From Blasia pusilla (taxonomy: Eukaryota), in NCBI GenBank assembly GCA_050084515.1, contig CM114271.1, forward strand, positions 10,416,001 through 10,480,000: a stretch of 64,000 bases of DNA, written 5' to 3'. Below, one piece after another: positions 10,824 through 23,200 of this stretch. The translations under genes and the position numbers were made by a program. The notes under the pieces are model-generated. The model ran no database searches, was not told the DNA's origin, and saw only the letters and a list, made by a program, of their open reading frames with translations. The stretch's first letter is position 1. Each line of letters starts with the position of its first letter.

Positions 10824-12859
10824 TGTCGTGCGCGTACTCTCCTTGAACGTTTATCTTGTTTGTTGCGGAAGCGTGCGTTGAGTAGGTCACGCTCTCAACG
10901 CTGATCTGCATCCAAACACGCACTTTGGTTAGTCGGGTCTTGGATCAATCAGCGGGATTACTTTCCGAGTTCTCGTCTCAGACTCTCATCAAGCTCAACC
11001 TTCCTAGTTTTGCGGTTTACAACACGGGAAAATCTCAAAAGACTTGGGACAGACTTTCTGGTCGGTTCAGGAACCTAAAACGGCGTTTCGCGCCTAGCGG
11101 TTCCAACTGTCCGATGGACATCCAATGAGTTCCTCACCAAGACTCACACGAAGTGAATCTCGGGTTGGAATCTAAGTGTGGCGTACAAAGTCCACTCCAT
11201 TGGATCAGGTTTGGGTTTTGAGTTCCAACGCCAAACTCCCGTTCCATCCCGTGCCTCTGAAACGCCGTTTGGCGCCCAAAGTGGGGATTCGTGTTCCAAG
11301 ACATCTCGGAGAGACTCCTCCCTTACTAGTACTTCTGGGAATCTCCGGGGGCCCCCTACATTTAGGGAAAGACACCCGGGCCTCTCCAATTGGCCCTCAA
11401 CCCGATTACTCTCTAGATCGTTTTTGGCCAATATCTTAGCCTGTACTTATGCGTTTTTTGAGGTCTCTAGTGCGTTGGAAGCGTCTCAAGATCAGCTTTC
11501 CAAAGCGCCCTTATTTGTCCCAAACGCATCTTGGAGCTTGACGTTATGGTCCTAAACACAGTCAGATTCTCCCAAACGCTAGTCGTGTCGCGCCCCTACT
11601 CTCCTTGAACGTCAATCTTTAATGTTGCGGAAGCGTGCGTTCAGTAGGTCACGAACTCATCGCCGATCTGCACCCAAACACGCACTCTCGTTAGTCGGGT
11701 TTGGCCAATCGGCATTCCAACCCACCGAGTCCTCAACTCGGCGTCTCATCAAGCTCAACCTTCCTTAGTTCCTAGCTTCCAACACATGGCAAGTCCTTCA
11801 AGACTTGGAACAGACTTTCTGGTTAGTCCAAGGATCTGAAACGGCACTTGCGCGCCTAGCGATCCCAACTGTTCAACGGTCCTCGGATGAGTTCCGAACC
11901 GAGACCCAAGTAATTGAGTTGCGGGGTGGAATCCAAGAGGGATGTTTAAAATCGTCTCACTGGACTTGGTGCAGGTTTTCCAACCCAACCCCTAAACTCG
12001 CGTTCCGTTCCATGCCCTTGAGCCGCCCCGCGGCGCCCAAAGTGGGGTTTGGGTTCCAACCACTCTCGGAGACCTTCCCCCTTACTAGTACTTCTGGGGT
12101 TCTCCAATAACCCCTTCCCTTTGGGAAAAGAGGTTCGGGCCCTTCATTGTGGCCCTCAACCCGACTCCACTTACAGTCGTTTTCGGGTCGTATCTCGGCT
12201 GCTGCTTATGCGTTTGCAGCGATCTTTGGTGCGTTTGGACCGGCTCTCCATAAGCTTTCCAACGCACCCTTATTTGCTCCAAACGCATCTTGGCGCTAAA
12301 AGTTATGGCCATAAATACAATCGGAAACTCTCAAACGCTAGTGGCGTTCCAAATCCGGATCTTCCCTTTGGCAACCCACTTCCTAGACTCGACTTCTTTC
12401 AAGTCTCATTCCGCGTTTGGTCCAGGTTTCTCAATCGCGACCATAACACCTGAAACGCGACTCCTCATTCGCGTCTCATCTCTTGTCTCCTCTTTGAGAC
12501 AACTCCAACGCGCAAACCATCTTAGCGTGAGCCCGCTAATGTTCCGATGTTCCGCTTGGCACTTGTTTGGTCATGAGGGTCGCGACAAGTCGTGTTCCAA
12601 ACTGGTTCTCACCTCTTTGGCAACCAACCTCCCAAGACTCAACTCATCTCAAGTCTTGGCTCGCGTTTGGTCTAGGTTTCCTGGTCGCGACCACTAACGC
12701 ATGAAATGCATAACTCTGTTCCGCATTTCGTCTCTTAAACTTTTCCAAGAGACTTTTCCAAACGCCTCTCCAAAGCGCAAACTTCGCAGCGTGTTCACTT
12801 GAGTTCTGATGTTTCGCTTGGCGCCTATTTGGTGTTGCTTGGTTATGAGGGTCGCAACA
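10824..12859 (-). repeat. 3' LTR of element B (split by a solo LTR)
   Basis: Near-identical to 19212-20241 once 11586-12592 is removed. Followed on + by CTCACCCCTCC (reverse-complement PPT). Confidence 0.92.
11586..12587 (-). repeat. Solo LTR S1 (related subfamily) inside the 3' LTR of B
   Basis: TG...CA termini. TSD AGTCG at 11581-11585 and 12588-12592. The empty site is visible in the 5' LTR near 19970. Confidence 0.92.
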
Positions 12860-13551
12860 CTCACCCCTCCTTAGAAGGTTGATGCGCTCATCAACGCAAA
12901 CCTTATTAATGTTAAGTTCTGGGAAGCCGACCCCTTAACACTGAATCGCGTTTTGGTAGGTAACCCGCAATTCCTCTTTTGGCTTAAGTCTTAGGTTGTC
13001 GCTTGCAGCACTTAGAATTATTAGCTTCTTCTTTTTGATGAGCCTAGACCAGTTCTGCAGAACTATCTAAACTATCAAAATAAGCTAACTAAGTCTGCAA
13101 CCCAACACTTCACTCACTATTTGTAAACAACCGCCTGTCTACCAAGCCAACTCGTACTACTTTTGGGTCACTCGTATTCCACTTTGGCGCGTCACTAAGT
13201 TCACTCATGCAACATGAATGAGATCACCACAAACCCCAAGACAGACTAATCTGCCCCGCCGACGTTAGGGCGAGCCCAAATGCTAGTACTTCAACACTTG
13301 GTCCTGATCTACATGCCTTATCTGAATACAAACTCTCACCTCAAATACTCATTGTTTGGTCTCCTTGACTTACATCCTAAGCATATGAAGAACTACTCAT
13401 TGCCATGCACAACCAAACTCAAAATTACAATACAAGCATCGAATCTCCAAATCCATGTCTTCTTTATTGCAACAACTAAACATTTCTAGTTACAATGGGT
13501 TATCGGCCCAAGCTTTCCGGTCACAAGTTATGTCCATTGCTTCACCATGTA

Positions 13552-16500
13552 CTAACGCACGTGCCTTTCTTGCATCCATCTGAAGTCACCCAATGCTTCT
13601 TGCGCGTGTCCAAGATCCGCCTCCGCAATCCAAGTCGCCTCTTTCACATGGTAGCCTTTCCACTTGACCAAGTACTCGTACTTGGTGGCTCTACGTCTGG
13701 AACATAGAATGGTCTCAACCTTGAACTGTGGTTCCTCATTTCTGATGACCGGTTGTGGTCTCAACATCATCCTTCGCTCTTTACGCACATTGTCTTGAAG
13801 ACACTTCTTCAATAATGACACATGGAAAGTCGGGTGAATCTTGAACTCGTTTGGCATCTCCAATGTGTACACATCCTCAAACGGCTTTGCCTTGATCACA
13901 TACGGTCCAAAGATACTTGGTGACAATTTTTATGGACAATTCCTTCGGAAGAGTGAGATTCTTTACACTCAACCACACTTGTTCCCCAACTTGGAAACTC
14001 ACTTGGCGCCGACTTTTGTTAGCATGCTTCACGTACCTTAGTTGAGCCTTGGCAAGACTTTTCCTCGCTCGCTCTTGTCGTTCTTGCATTTCCACTAACA
14101 AAAATTTTGCCGTTGCTTGACGAGTGTGTGTCAATGTAGCGCCCCTCGAAAGAGCTAAGTCAAGAGGCCCTTCTGGTTCTCTTTGATACGCCAGAAGAAA
14201 CGGAGATTCTCCGGTTGCAGAATGCCTAGTCGAGTTGTAACAATACTCAGCCATACTTAACCACTTGGCCCAATCTTTTTGGTCTGCACTCGCGTAATTC
14301 CGTAAGTATTGGTTTACGACCGAGTTTACTTTTTCCCTTTTCCCATCCGTTTGAGGATGGAAGGCCGTACTAAAGCTGAGTTTGGTCTGGAACCTCCTGA
14401 ATAGATGTTTCCAAAAGGCACTGGTAAACTTCGGATCTCAATCGGACACAATGCTCCTAGGCAATCCGTGAGCTCGCCGCCAACCATCCAGGAACAGTCA
14501 GGAAGTTGTGTAGGCCGTCGCAGACTCTCTCGTCGGTACAAACCTCCCCAACTTGCTAAACCGATCGACTATCACAAGTATAGCGTTTTATCCCTCAGAT
14601 TTCGGAAGACTTGTAATGAAATCCATGCTAATGCTTCTCAAGGGTCCCTCCAGGATTGGCAAAGGATGAAGTAAGCCTTGTTTCTTTGCATAAGAAACGC
14701 GGTTCGCCTAACAGGTCACACAGGTTTTCACATATTGAGCAACATCTTCCTTCATGTTGGGCCAGAAGAACCTTTTGGTCAAAACAACAAGAGTGGATTT
14801 CTCCTCTTTGTGTCCTGCCAAAGGTCCATCATGACATTCCACAAACACTTTGGTCCGTAGCTTGCCTTGGCCTACATAGATCCTGCTCTGCTTAAACCTT
14901 AGCAAGCCGTGTCTCAAACTCAGATTGGCCACCTTCTCGCCCCGCTTTAACTTCCCAAGGTACTCCCTCGCTTGCGCATCCTTCATGTATCCTTCCCGAA
15001 TCCTTCTTTCCAGGTCTATTTCATTAGGGAACATTGCTCTCAACACTTGTGTCGTCGATGGCATATGCTCATCCCACCGACTTATCGCATCTGGAATGAC
15101 ATTGTCTTTCCCCGGCTTGTGGATTAGCTCCACATTCACCAACGCCAAGGTATCATGCCATCGAAGTTGCTTTGGTGTTACGCGATCCTGGGTCTCAAAA
15201 TACTTGAGCGATATGTTATCGGTGAATACTCGAGTCTTGTGAAGTCCCAGATAGTGACGCCACTTCCTCAAGGAGTGAACCACCATGAACAACTCTTTCT
15301 CATGAGTGGGCCATCTCCTTTTGGTGTCGCTAAGCTTCTTGCTCTTGTATGCTACAGGTCTCCCTTTTTGCACCAACATTTGTGCAATCGCAAAATCACT
15401 AGCATCTGTGTGCACCTCGAACGGTTGGTCAAACTCCGGCAGTTTCAGAACTGGTTCCTGCGAGAGGATCTCTTTGACTCGATTGAACCCTTTATCCACT
15501 TCCTCAGTCCATGTAGTGTTGGAAAACTTTGCGGTCCAATCCGTGAGAGGTTTCACTATTCCCGAAAAGTTCTTCACATATGTTCGGTAAAACTGGACTG
15601 CTCCGATGATTCTCCTCATCCCCTTCACCGTGGAAGGCGGTTTCCATTCGGCAATTGCGCTTACCTTCTCCATGTCTGGACTCACTCCATCTGCACTAAC
15701 CACATGCCCCAAGAACTTGATCTTCGTCAAACCAAACTCACTCTTATCCGCATTCGCATACAGCTTGTTTGCCCTAAGTTTCTCAAACACCGTCTTCAAA
15801 TGTCGAGCGTGCTCCTCTAGTGTTTTCGAATAGATGAGTATGTCATCAATATAGATGATCACAAACTCATCCGTCTCCTTATGAAAGATGGAGTTCATCA
15901 AAAAGGTGAATGTCGGAGGCGCATTACAAAGACCGAAAGGCATCACCACAAACTCGAACGAACCGTATCTCGTTCTACACGCAGTCTTCTCCACATCCGC
16001 TTCGGCAATCCGAATCTGATAATATCCTGATTTCAGGTCAATCCGGCTGAAATACTTGGCACCCGACAATCGATCAAAGAGGTCATCCATCCTTGGTAGA
16101 GGATAGTTGTTCCTTACCGTCACTTTATTCAGCGCCCGATTATCAACACAGAGTCTCAACTTCCCATCCTTCTTCTTTACAAAGAAGACGGGCGCCCCAT
16201 AAGGTGACTTGCTTGTTTGGATGTAACCCCTCTCTAAGAGTTCACCCAACTGTTTCTTCAACTCAGCAAGTTCCTCTTGATTCAACCTATATGGTGCTTT
16301 TGCAGGTGGTTGAGATCTTGGTATCACTTCAATCTTATGATCAACCGCCCTATGTGGTGGCAACTCAGTCGGAAGCTCCTTAGTCAATACATCTCCAAAT
16401 TCTTTCACAACTCTCTTGAGTGTTTCAGGGATTCCCCTTGAAGCTGAGTCTGATCTCTGCATCTCGCGCTTGCATCATCCTCTACTTGTCTCATCAAGCA

Positions 16501-18974
16501 AAGGAATCCTTCCTCTAACTCGGCCAAACTCGTCCTCGTGATGGCGTTCACCAACTCCGTCTTCCTAGGAACCTCGCTAACCAATCTGACGTCCGTCTGT
16601 TTTCGGTTAACCAAGACGCTCAACCTGAAAGGTCTTTGCCTCAGTTCCACCTCATACACATCCAAGAATGTGTTCCCCAAGACTCCGTCGATACCGTCCA
16701 TGTCGCAAACTGTGAAATTCTCCTTCAACTCAAATACTCCGCATCCCACAACTAGCCCTAAAACCACATTTGAAGTCTGGTGGGACTTGCCTCCCGCGAA
16801 TCCTACCCTAATGGGTTCATCCGCCTTGGTGGTTGGCAATCCCAACGTTTTCACGATTCTCGGACTCAAGAATGAGTGTGAAGCACTTGTATCAACGAGC
16901 AACATCACATCGCGATTAGCGATCCTGGATCCTAGGTAAACCAAATTGGGCGTTCTCTTGGTGACTTGGAGAGATGTATCTAGATCTCCCTCCGATAAGT
17001 GCTTAGCGGCAAACGCAATCATACTCAGTTTACTAACCTTGGGCCTAACACATTCCTTAGCCATATGGCCCGGTTCGCCATAGTTTTAGCAAATCACTTT
17101 GGCATTTGTTGTCGCAACCCTCATGACCAAACAAGTGCCAAGCGGAACATCGGAACATAAGCGGGCTCACGCTAAGATGGTTTGCGCGTTGGAGTTGTCT
17201 CAATGAGGAGACAAGAGACGAGACACGAGCGAGGAGTCGCGTTTCAGGTGTTATGGTCGCGACTGAGAAACCTGGACCAAACGCGGAATGAGACTTGAAA
17301 GAAGTCGAGTCTAGGAAGTGGGTTGCCAAAAGGAAGATCCGGATTTGGAACGCCACTAGCGTTTGAGAGTTTCCGACTGTATTTATGGCCATAACTTTTA
17401 GCGCCAAGATGCGTTTGGAGCAAATAAGGGTGCGTTGGAAAGCTTATGGAGAGCCAATCCAAACGCATTAAAGATCGCTGCAAACGCATAAGCAGCAGCC
17501 GAGATACAACCCGAAAGCGACTTTAAGTGGAGTCGGGTTGAGGGCCACAATGAAGGGCCCGACCCTCTTTTCCCAAAGGGGAGGGGTTATTGGAGAACCC
17601 CAGAAGTACTAGTAAGGGGGAAGGTCTCCGAGAGTGCTTGGAACCCAAACCCCACTTTGGGCGGCGCGCAGGGGCGCTCAAGGGCATGGAACGGAACGCG
17701 AGTTTGGGCGTTGGGTTGGAAAACCTGCACCAAGTCCATTGAGGCGATTTTAGACATCCCTCTTGGATTTCACACCACGACTCAATTACTTGGGTCTCGG
17801 TTCGGAACTCACCCAAGGACCGTTGAACAGTTGGGATCGCTAGGCGTGCAAGGGCCGTTTCAGATCCCTGGACTAACCACGAAAGTATGTTCCAAGTCTT
17901 GAAGGACTTGCCATGTTTTGGAAGCTAGGAACTAAGGAAGGTTGAGCCTGATGAGACGCCGAGTTGAAGACTCGGTGGGTTGGAACCCTGGTCGGCCCAG
18001 ACCCGACTAACGAGAGTGCGTGTTTGGGTGCAGATCGGCGATGAGTTCGTGACCTACTGAACGCACGCTTCCGCAACACTGAAGATTGACGTTCAAGGAG
18101 AGTAGGGGCGCGACATTTGTTGACTTCCTGAACGGCGGCCCTCTTGGCTTCGCATTGAGTTCCACTCGTTTCGCTGCTGGGGCAATAGACCCTACGTGGT
18201 CGCGCTCACCCCCATTCCAAACCCTCTTGGATGTCCCTTTGTTTTTCGGTAACTTAGAAAAACTTTTTGGCTCAAAGGGTTTCGGGTGTTGGACTTCATC
18301 GTCCCCAATCCGCTCTGCTAGTCTCAGAAGATCCACGCACGTCTGTGGGATGTGAGGCATACGAAAGAGGGCCTTTTCGGCACTCGATTTGAGTCCACTT
18401 AGGAAGATCACCTTTTTTGTATGTTCATCCGTGGAAAGTGCACTCATGAGTGCACTAAACTCTCGCACATAAGCGCCAAGGGATCCACTCTGGCGCAACG
18501 TCACAACCTCCATGCCATCGCGATACTCCTGATATTCCGGAGTGAATCGGTTCCCAATCAACTCCTTGAAATCTTCCCAACTCAACGTTTTCCCATGGCC
18601 TAGATGTTCTTTATGGTGAGCCGTCCACCAATGGAGAGTGTGATCCTTTAGAAATGTGACCGCTACAGTCACTTTGTCTTGTTCATCTGCCTTTTGCGCT
18701 TGCTCACTTTCCGAGAACGCCCCATTCCTGTGAATGGCGTTGGCAAATTTATCTTACAAAGCTTCTTGTCGGAACTAGAGGCTCCATTTGACTTGAATTC
18801 CAATATCACCTTGCTCTGTTCGGCCATCTGGTCCGCCATCACCTTCATCAATCCCATCATTTGGATATAAAAGGCCGGATCGTTTAAGTTTGGAACCGAA
18901 GGTCCCGCGGAAAGATTTTCAGTTGGAACATCCTCATGTCTGGGACTCGGCACTTTGGGAGTCACAAATTCCAC
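13552..18974 (-). pseudogene. pol: gag-pol polyprotein of B (gag, protease, RT, RNase H, integrase, chromodomain), frameshifted and interrupted
   Basis: Protease [21 protein letters not shown] in 14708-16462; RNase H HTDASDFA; integrase SDxDPKF and GPY; chromodomain FKVETIL...YLVKWKGYHVKEATW at 13552-13926. Confidence 0.93.
17110..18115 (+). repeat. Solo LTR S2 inside gag of B, same subfamily as S1, opposite orientation
   Basis: TGTCGCAACCC...GCGCGACA. TSD TTTGT at 17105-17109 and 18116-18120. Shadow ORFs match those of S1. Confidence 0.92.
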
Positions 18975-19197
18975 CTCTGGCTCTCAGTCCGTCATTGATT
19001 TGTCTCTTGGATTTTTTGCTTTGACTCATGGTTTCCTTGGTTCTTCGCCTTTGGTCGCCATTTTTGAGTCTTCGCTTTCTCATATCTCCTCGTCGCCTCT
19101 TGCGTTCCTCCTCGGCGTTGCAGTTTTCCGGCTACCTCGAGTTCTCCCCAAACGTCCAGATCTTCAACGACCCCAAGTTCACGCTCATCAAGGATAA

Positions 19198-19209
19198 GCT
19201 CTAATACCA
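19198..19209 (-). promoter_or_regulatory. PBS (initiator tRNA-Met) of B
   Basis: Minus strand TGGTATTAGAGC, 2 nt from the LTR. Confidence 0.88.
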
Positions 19210-19211
19210 CC

Positions 19212-20241
19212 TGTCGTGCGCCTACTCTCCTTGAACGTTAATCTTGTTTGTTGCGGAAGCGTGCGTTGAGTAGGTCATGCTCTCAACGTTGATCTGCATC
19301 CAAACACGCACTTTGGTTAGTCGGGTCTTGGATCAATCAGCGGGATTACTTTCCGAGTTCTCGTCTCGAACTCTCATCAAGCTCAACCTTCCTAGTTTTG
19401 CGGTTTACAACACGGGAAAATCTCAAAAGACTTGGGATGACTTTTCGGTCGGGTTCGGGAACCTAAACGGGCGTTTCGCGCTAGCCAGTTCAATCGTCCG
19501 ATGGACATCCAATGAGTTCCTCACCAAGACTCACACGAAGTGAATCTCGGGTTGGAATCTAAGTGTGGCGTACAAAGTCCACTCCATTGGATCAGGTTTG
19601 GGTTTTGAGTTCCAACGCCAAACTCCCGTTCCATCCTGTGCCTCTGAAACGCCGTTTGGCGCCCAAAGTGGAGATTCGTGTTCCGAGACATCTCGGAGAG
19701 ACTCCTCCCTTACTAGTACTTCTGGGAATCTCCGGAGGCCCCCTACATTTAGGGAAAGACTCCCGGGCCTCTCCAATTGGCCCTCAACCCGATTACTCTC
19801 TAGATCGTTTTTGGCCAATATCTTAGCCTGTACTTATGCGTTTTTTGAGGTCTCTAGTGCGTTGGAAGCGTCTCAAGATCAGCTTTCCAAAGCGCCCTTA
19901 TTTGTCCCAAACGCATCTTGGAGCTTGACGTTATGGTCCTAAACACAGTCAGATTCTCCCAAACGCTAGTCGTGTTCCAAACTGGCTCTCACCTCTTTGG
20001 CAACCAACCTCCCAAGACTCAACTCATCTCAAGTCTTGGCTCGCGTTTGGTCTAGGTTTCCTGGTCGCGACCACTAACGCATGAAATGCACAACTCTGTT
20101 CCGCATTTCGTCTCTTAAACTTTTCCAAGAGACTTTTCCAAACGCCTCTCCAAAGCGCAAACTTCGCGGCGTGAGTTCACTTGAGTTCTGATGTTTCGCT
20201 TGGCGCCTATTTGGTGTTTTTTGGTTATGAGGGTCGCGACA
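19212..20241 (-). repeat. 5' LTR of element B
   Basis: TG...CA termini, adjacent PBS and TSD. Confidence 0.93.
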
Positions 20242-20246
20242 ATACA

Positions 20247-23200
20247 TGTGCTTTGCACTCCTTCCTAAGCCCAAGAATTATGAAGGAGTTGGATGTGTCA
20301 ACCTCTAAGGCCGACGAGCCCATTCAAGTAGGCTTTGCCGGAGGCAAGTCTCAATGAACTTCCGAGTTGGTACTGGGTTGACGATAGGATGCGGAGTATT
20401 CGAGTTGAAGGAGAATTTCACGGTGTGCGAAATGGATGGCATTGACGGAGTCTTGGGGAACACATTCGTGGATGTGTATGAGGTGGAGCTAAGGCAAAGG
20501 CCATTGAGGTTGAGCGTCTTAATGAAAGGCAAACGGTTGCAAGTGAGGTTGGTTCGCGAGATGCCCGTGAGGAAGGAGTTGGTGAACGCCATTACAAGGA
20601 GGAGTTTGACCGAGTTGGAGGATGGATTCTTTGCTAAATGAGACAAGTGGAGGACACCCCTAGCAAGAAACGTAGGGATCAGGCCGCGGCTTCAAGGAGA
20701 ATCCTAGGACTGCTACAAAGAGTATTCAAGGAGTTTGGTGATGTCTTGACGAATGAGCTTCTGAACGAGTTGCCACAGCATAGGGCAATCAATTTGAAGA
20801 TAGAGGTCATTCCCAGATCTTAACCACCTTCTAAGGCATGATATAGATTGAATCAAGAGGAGCTGGTTGAGCTAAAAAATTAGTTAAGTGAGCTCTTAGA
20901 GAAAGGCTACATTAGAACCAGCAAGTCACCGTATGGAGCGCCTATTCTTTTTGTGAAGAAGAAGGATGGGAAGATGAGACTCTATGTGGATTATCGTGTG
21001 CTAAATAAAGTGACGGTGAGAAACAATTACCCTCTTCCAAGGATTGATGACCTCTTCAATAGACTATTAGAGGCAAAGTACTTTAGAAGGATTGACTTGA
21101 AATCAGGATATTACCATATTTGGATTGTCGAAGCAGATGTGGAAAAGACTGCATGTAGAATGAGATATGGCTCGTTCGAGTTTGTGATGGTGCCCTCCGG
21201 TCTATGTAATGCGCCTCCAACGTTCACCACATTAATGAACTCCATTTTTCATGAGGAGATGGATGAGTACGTGATCATCTATATTGATGATATACTCATC
21301 TATTTGAAGTCACTTGAAGAGCACGCTCGACATTTAAGGGCGGTGTTGTCAAAACTAAGGGCGAACAAGCTGTATGCGAATATGGACAAGAGTGAGTTCG
21401 GGTTGTGCCAAATCAAGTTCTTGGGTCACGTGGTTAGCAAACATGGAGTTAGTATGGATATGGACAAAGTGAAAGCCATCACCGAGTGGAAACCGCCTTC
21501 CACGGTAAAGGGAATGAGGAGGTTTATCGGCGCGGTGTAGTTCTACCAAACCTATGTGAGGAAATTTTCGGGTATTGTGAGACCTCTCACACATTGGACC
21601 ACAAAGTATGCTAACATGACCTGGACCCAAGAAGTGAATGATGCATTCAACCGAGTCTAAGAGATCCTATCGCAGGAGCCAATGCTGAAGCTGCCAGAGC
21701 TCGACAAGACGTTCGAGGTGCATACGGATGCTAGTGACTTTGCGATTGCAGGAAAGTTGGTTCATGAAGGAAGACCTGTAGCCTACAAGAGTAATAAGCT
21801 CAGCAACACCAAGAGAAGGTGGCCCACTCATGAGAAAGAGTTGTTTGCCGTGGTCCATTGCTTGAGGAAGTGGCGTCACTATTTGGGACTTCACAGTACT
21901 CGAGTGTTCACCGATAACGTATCGCTCAAGTATTTTGAGACCCAAGATCGAGTAACACGGAAACAACTAAGATGGCATGATACCTTGGCGTTGATGAATG
22001 TGGAACTGATCCACAAGCCAGGGAAAGATAATGTCATTTCAAACACGCTGAATCGCAGGGATGAGGACATGCCATCAACAACACAGGTCTTGAGAGCAAT
22101 GTTCCCTAAGGAAACAAATCTAGAAAGAAGGATTCGTGGGGGATACATGAAAGACACCTAGGGGAGCGAGTACCTAAGGAAGTTGAAGCAGGGCGAGAAG
22201 GTGGCCAACATAAGTTTGAGACATGGTTTACTAAGGTTCAAGCAGAGCAGGATCTATGTGGGCGAAGGCAAACTACTAACCAAGGTGTTGGTGGAATGTC
22301 ATGATGGACCCTTGGCAGGACATAAAGGGGCGAGGTGTCTCTCCCCTTTATGTCTTGTCTACTAAAGCGGTGGCTAAGTTAGAAGAAGTTTTAGAGGGGA
22401 CTTACTAGCCATTAGAGTAAGGTTAGAATAGTGTCAATAGGAAAGTGTCGAGGCCTGAAGTTTGAGAGGCACATGAGAGAGCTTAGAGCTATGGTGGCCA
22501 ACATAGAGGGGAGAATCAAATGTTGATGGCTGGAGCTTGGCTGATCGGTTTGGTGATTGAATAGGCTTGTTAGAAAGGTCTTTGGATGCTCTTCAAGATG
22601 ATACATTCAAATCAAGACATTGGATGCTAGGCTAAAATTTTCAAGGTAGATTAGAACAGCAAGGAATCTGGATTTTTGGAAAACAGGAGGGCAGGCTATC
22701 CGAGGGCTGCTACCTAGAGCACTAGTGAGCCAAATCTTGATTTGATTGATGGTATGGCTTTGCCTTGAGATGCTCTACACTATGGAGGTCACCCACAAGA
22801 ATTTTCAGCAAGTAATGAGGAGCATGGGATACTCACAGAAAAGTGTCCACTTTCCAGAGAAAAGTGTCCACTTTCCACAGAAAAGTGGACAACTAGGTAG
22901 GCTGATTTTAAGGGCTTGGGTGGACCAATGCTTGAGAGGAGTGGTGGCATATCTTCACCCTTGGACTCTTCATATGTTTGTGGTCTTGAATCAAGCCTAT
23001 CAAGGATCGGTTGGGCACATAGGATGCTTGAGGGGAGGCTGGAATACAGGGAGGGTATCCAAGGCTGCAAGGAATAGGGCTTGACTTGTCATTCAATGAT
23101 GGAGTAGGTGGTGCAAGAGAAAGGCCAGAAAGCTTGAGAATCCAAGGGAGAGATCTATGGAGCTGAGAGGATCCAAGGAGTGATTTATGGAAGATTTGTG

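Larger units (their letters stand above)
10824..20241 (-). mobile_element. Full-length chromovirus (Ty3/gypsy with integrase chromodomain), element B, inserted in the protease of A
   Basis: TSD ATACA at 10819-10823 and 20242-20246. LTRs 19212-20241 and 10824-12859, Met-i PBS 19198-19209, PPT next to 12860, gag-PR-RT-RH-INT-chromodomain. Confidence 0.95.

Noticed and set aside
10925-12697. Repeated 60-135 aa ORFs recurring at 17057-17902 and 19277-19942
   Set aside because: They are shadow frames within duplicated LTRs, with no protein motifs.
16405-16462. Programmed frameshift between protease and RT of element B
   Set aside because: No clear slippery site, and the element has several other random frameshifts. 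Decay or sequence error is more likely.
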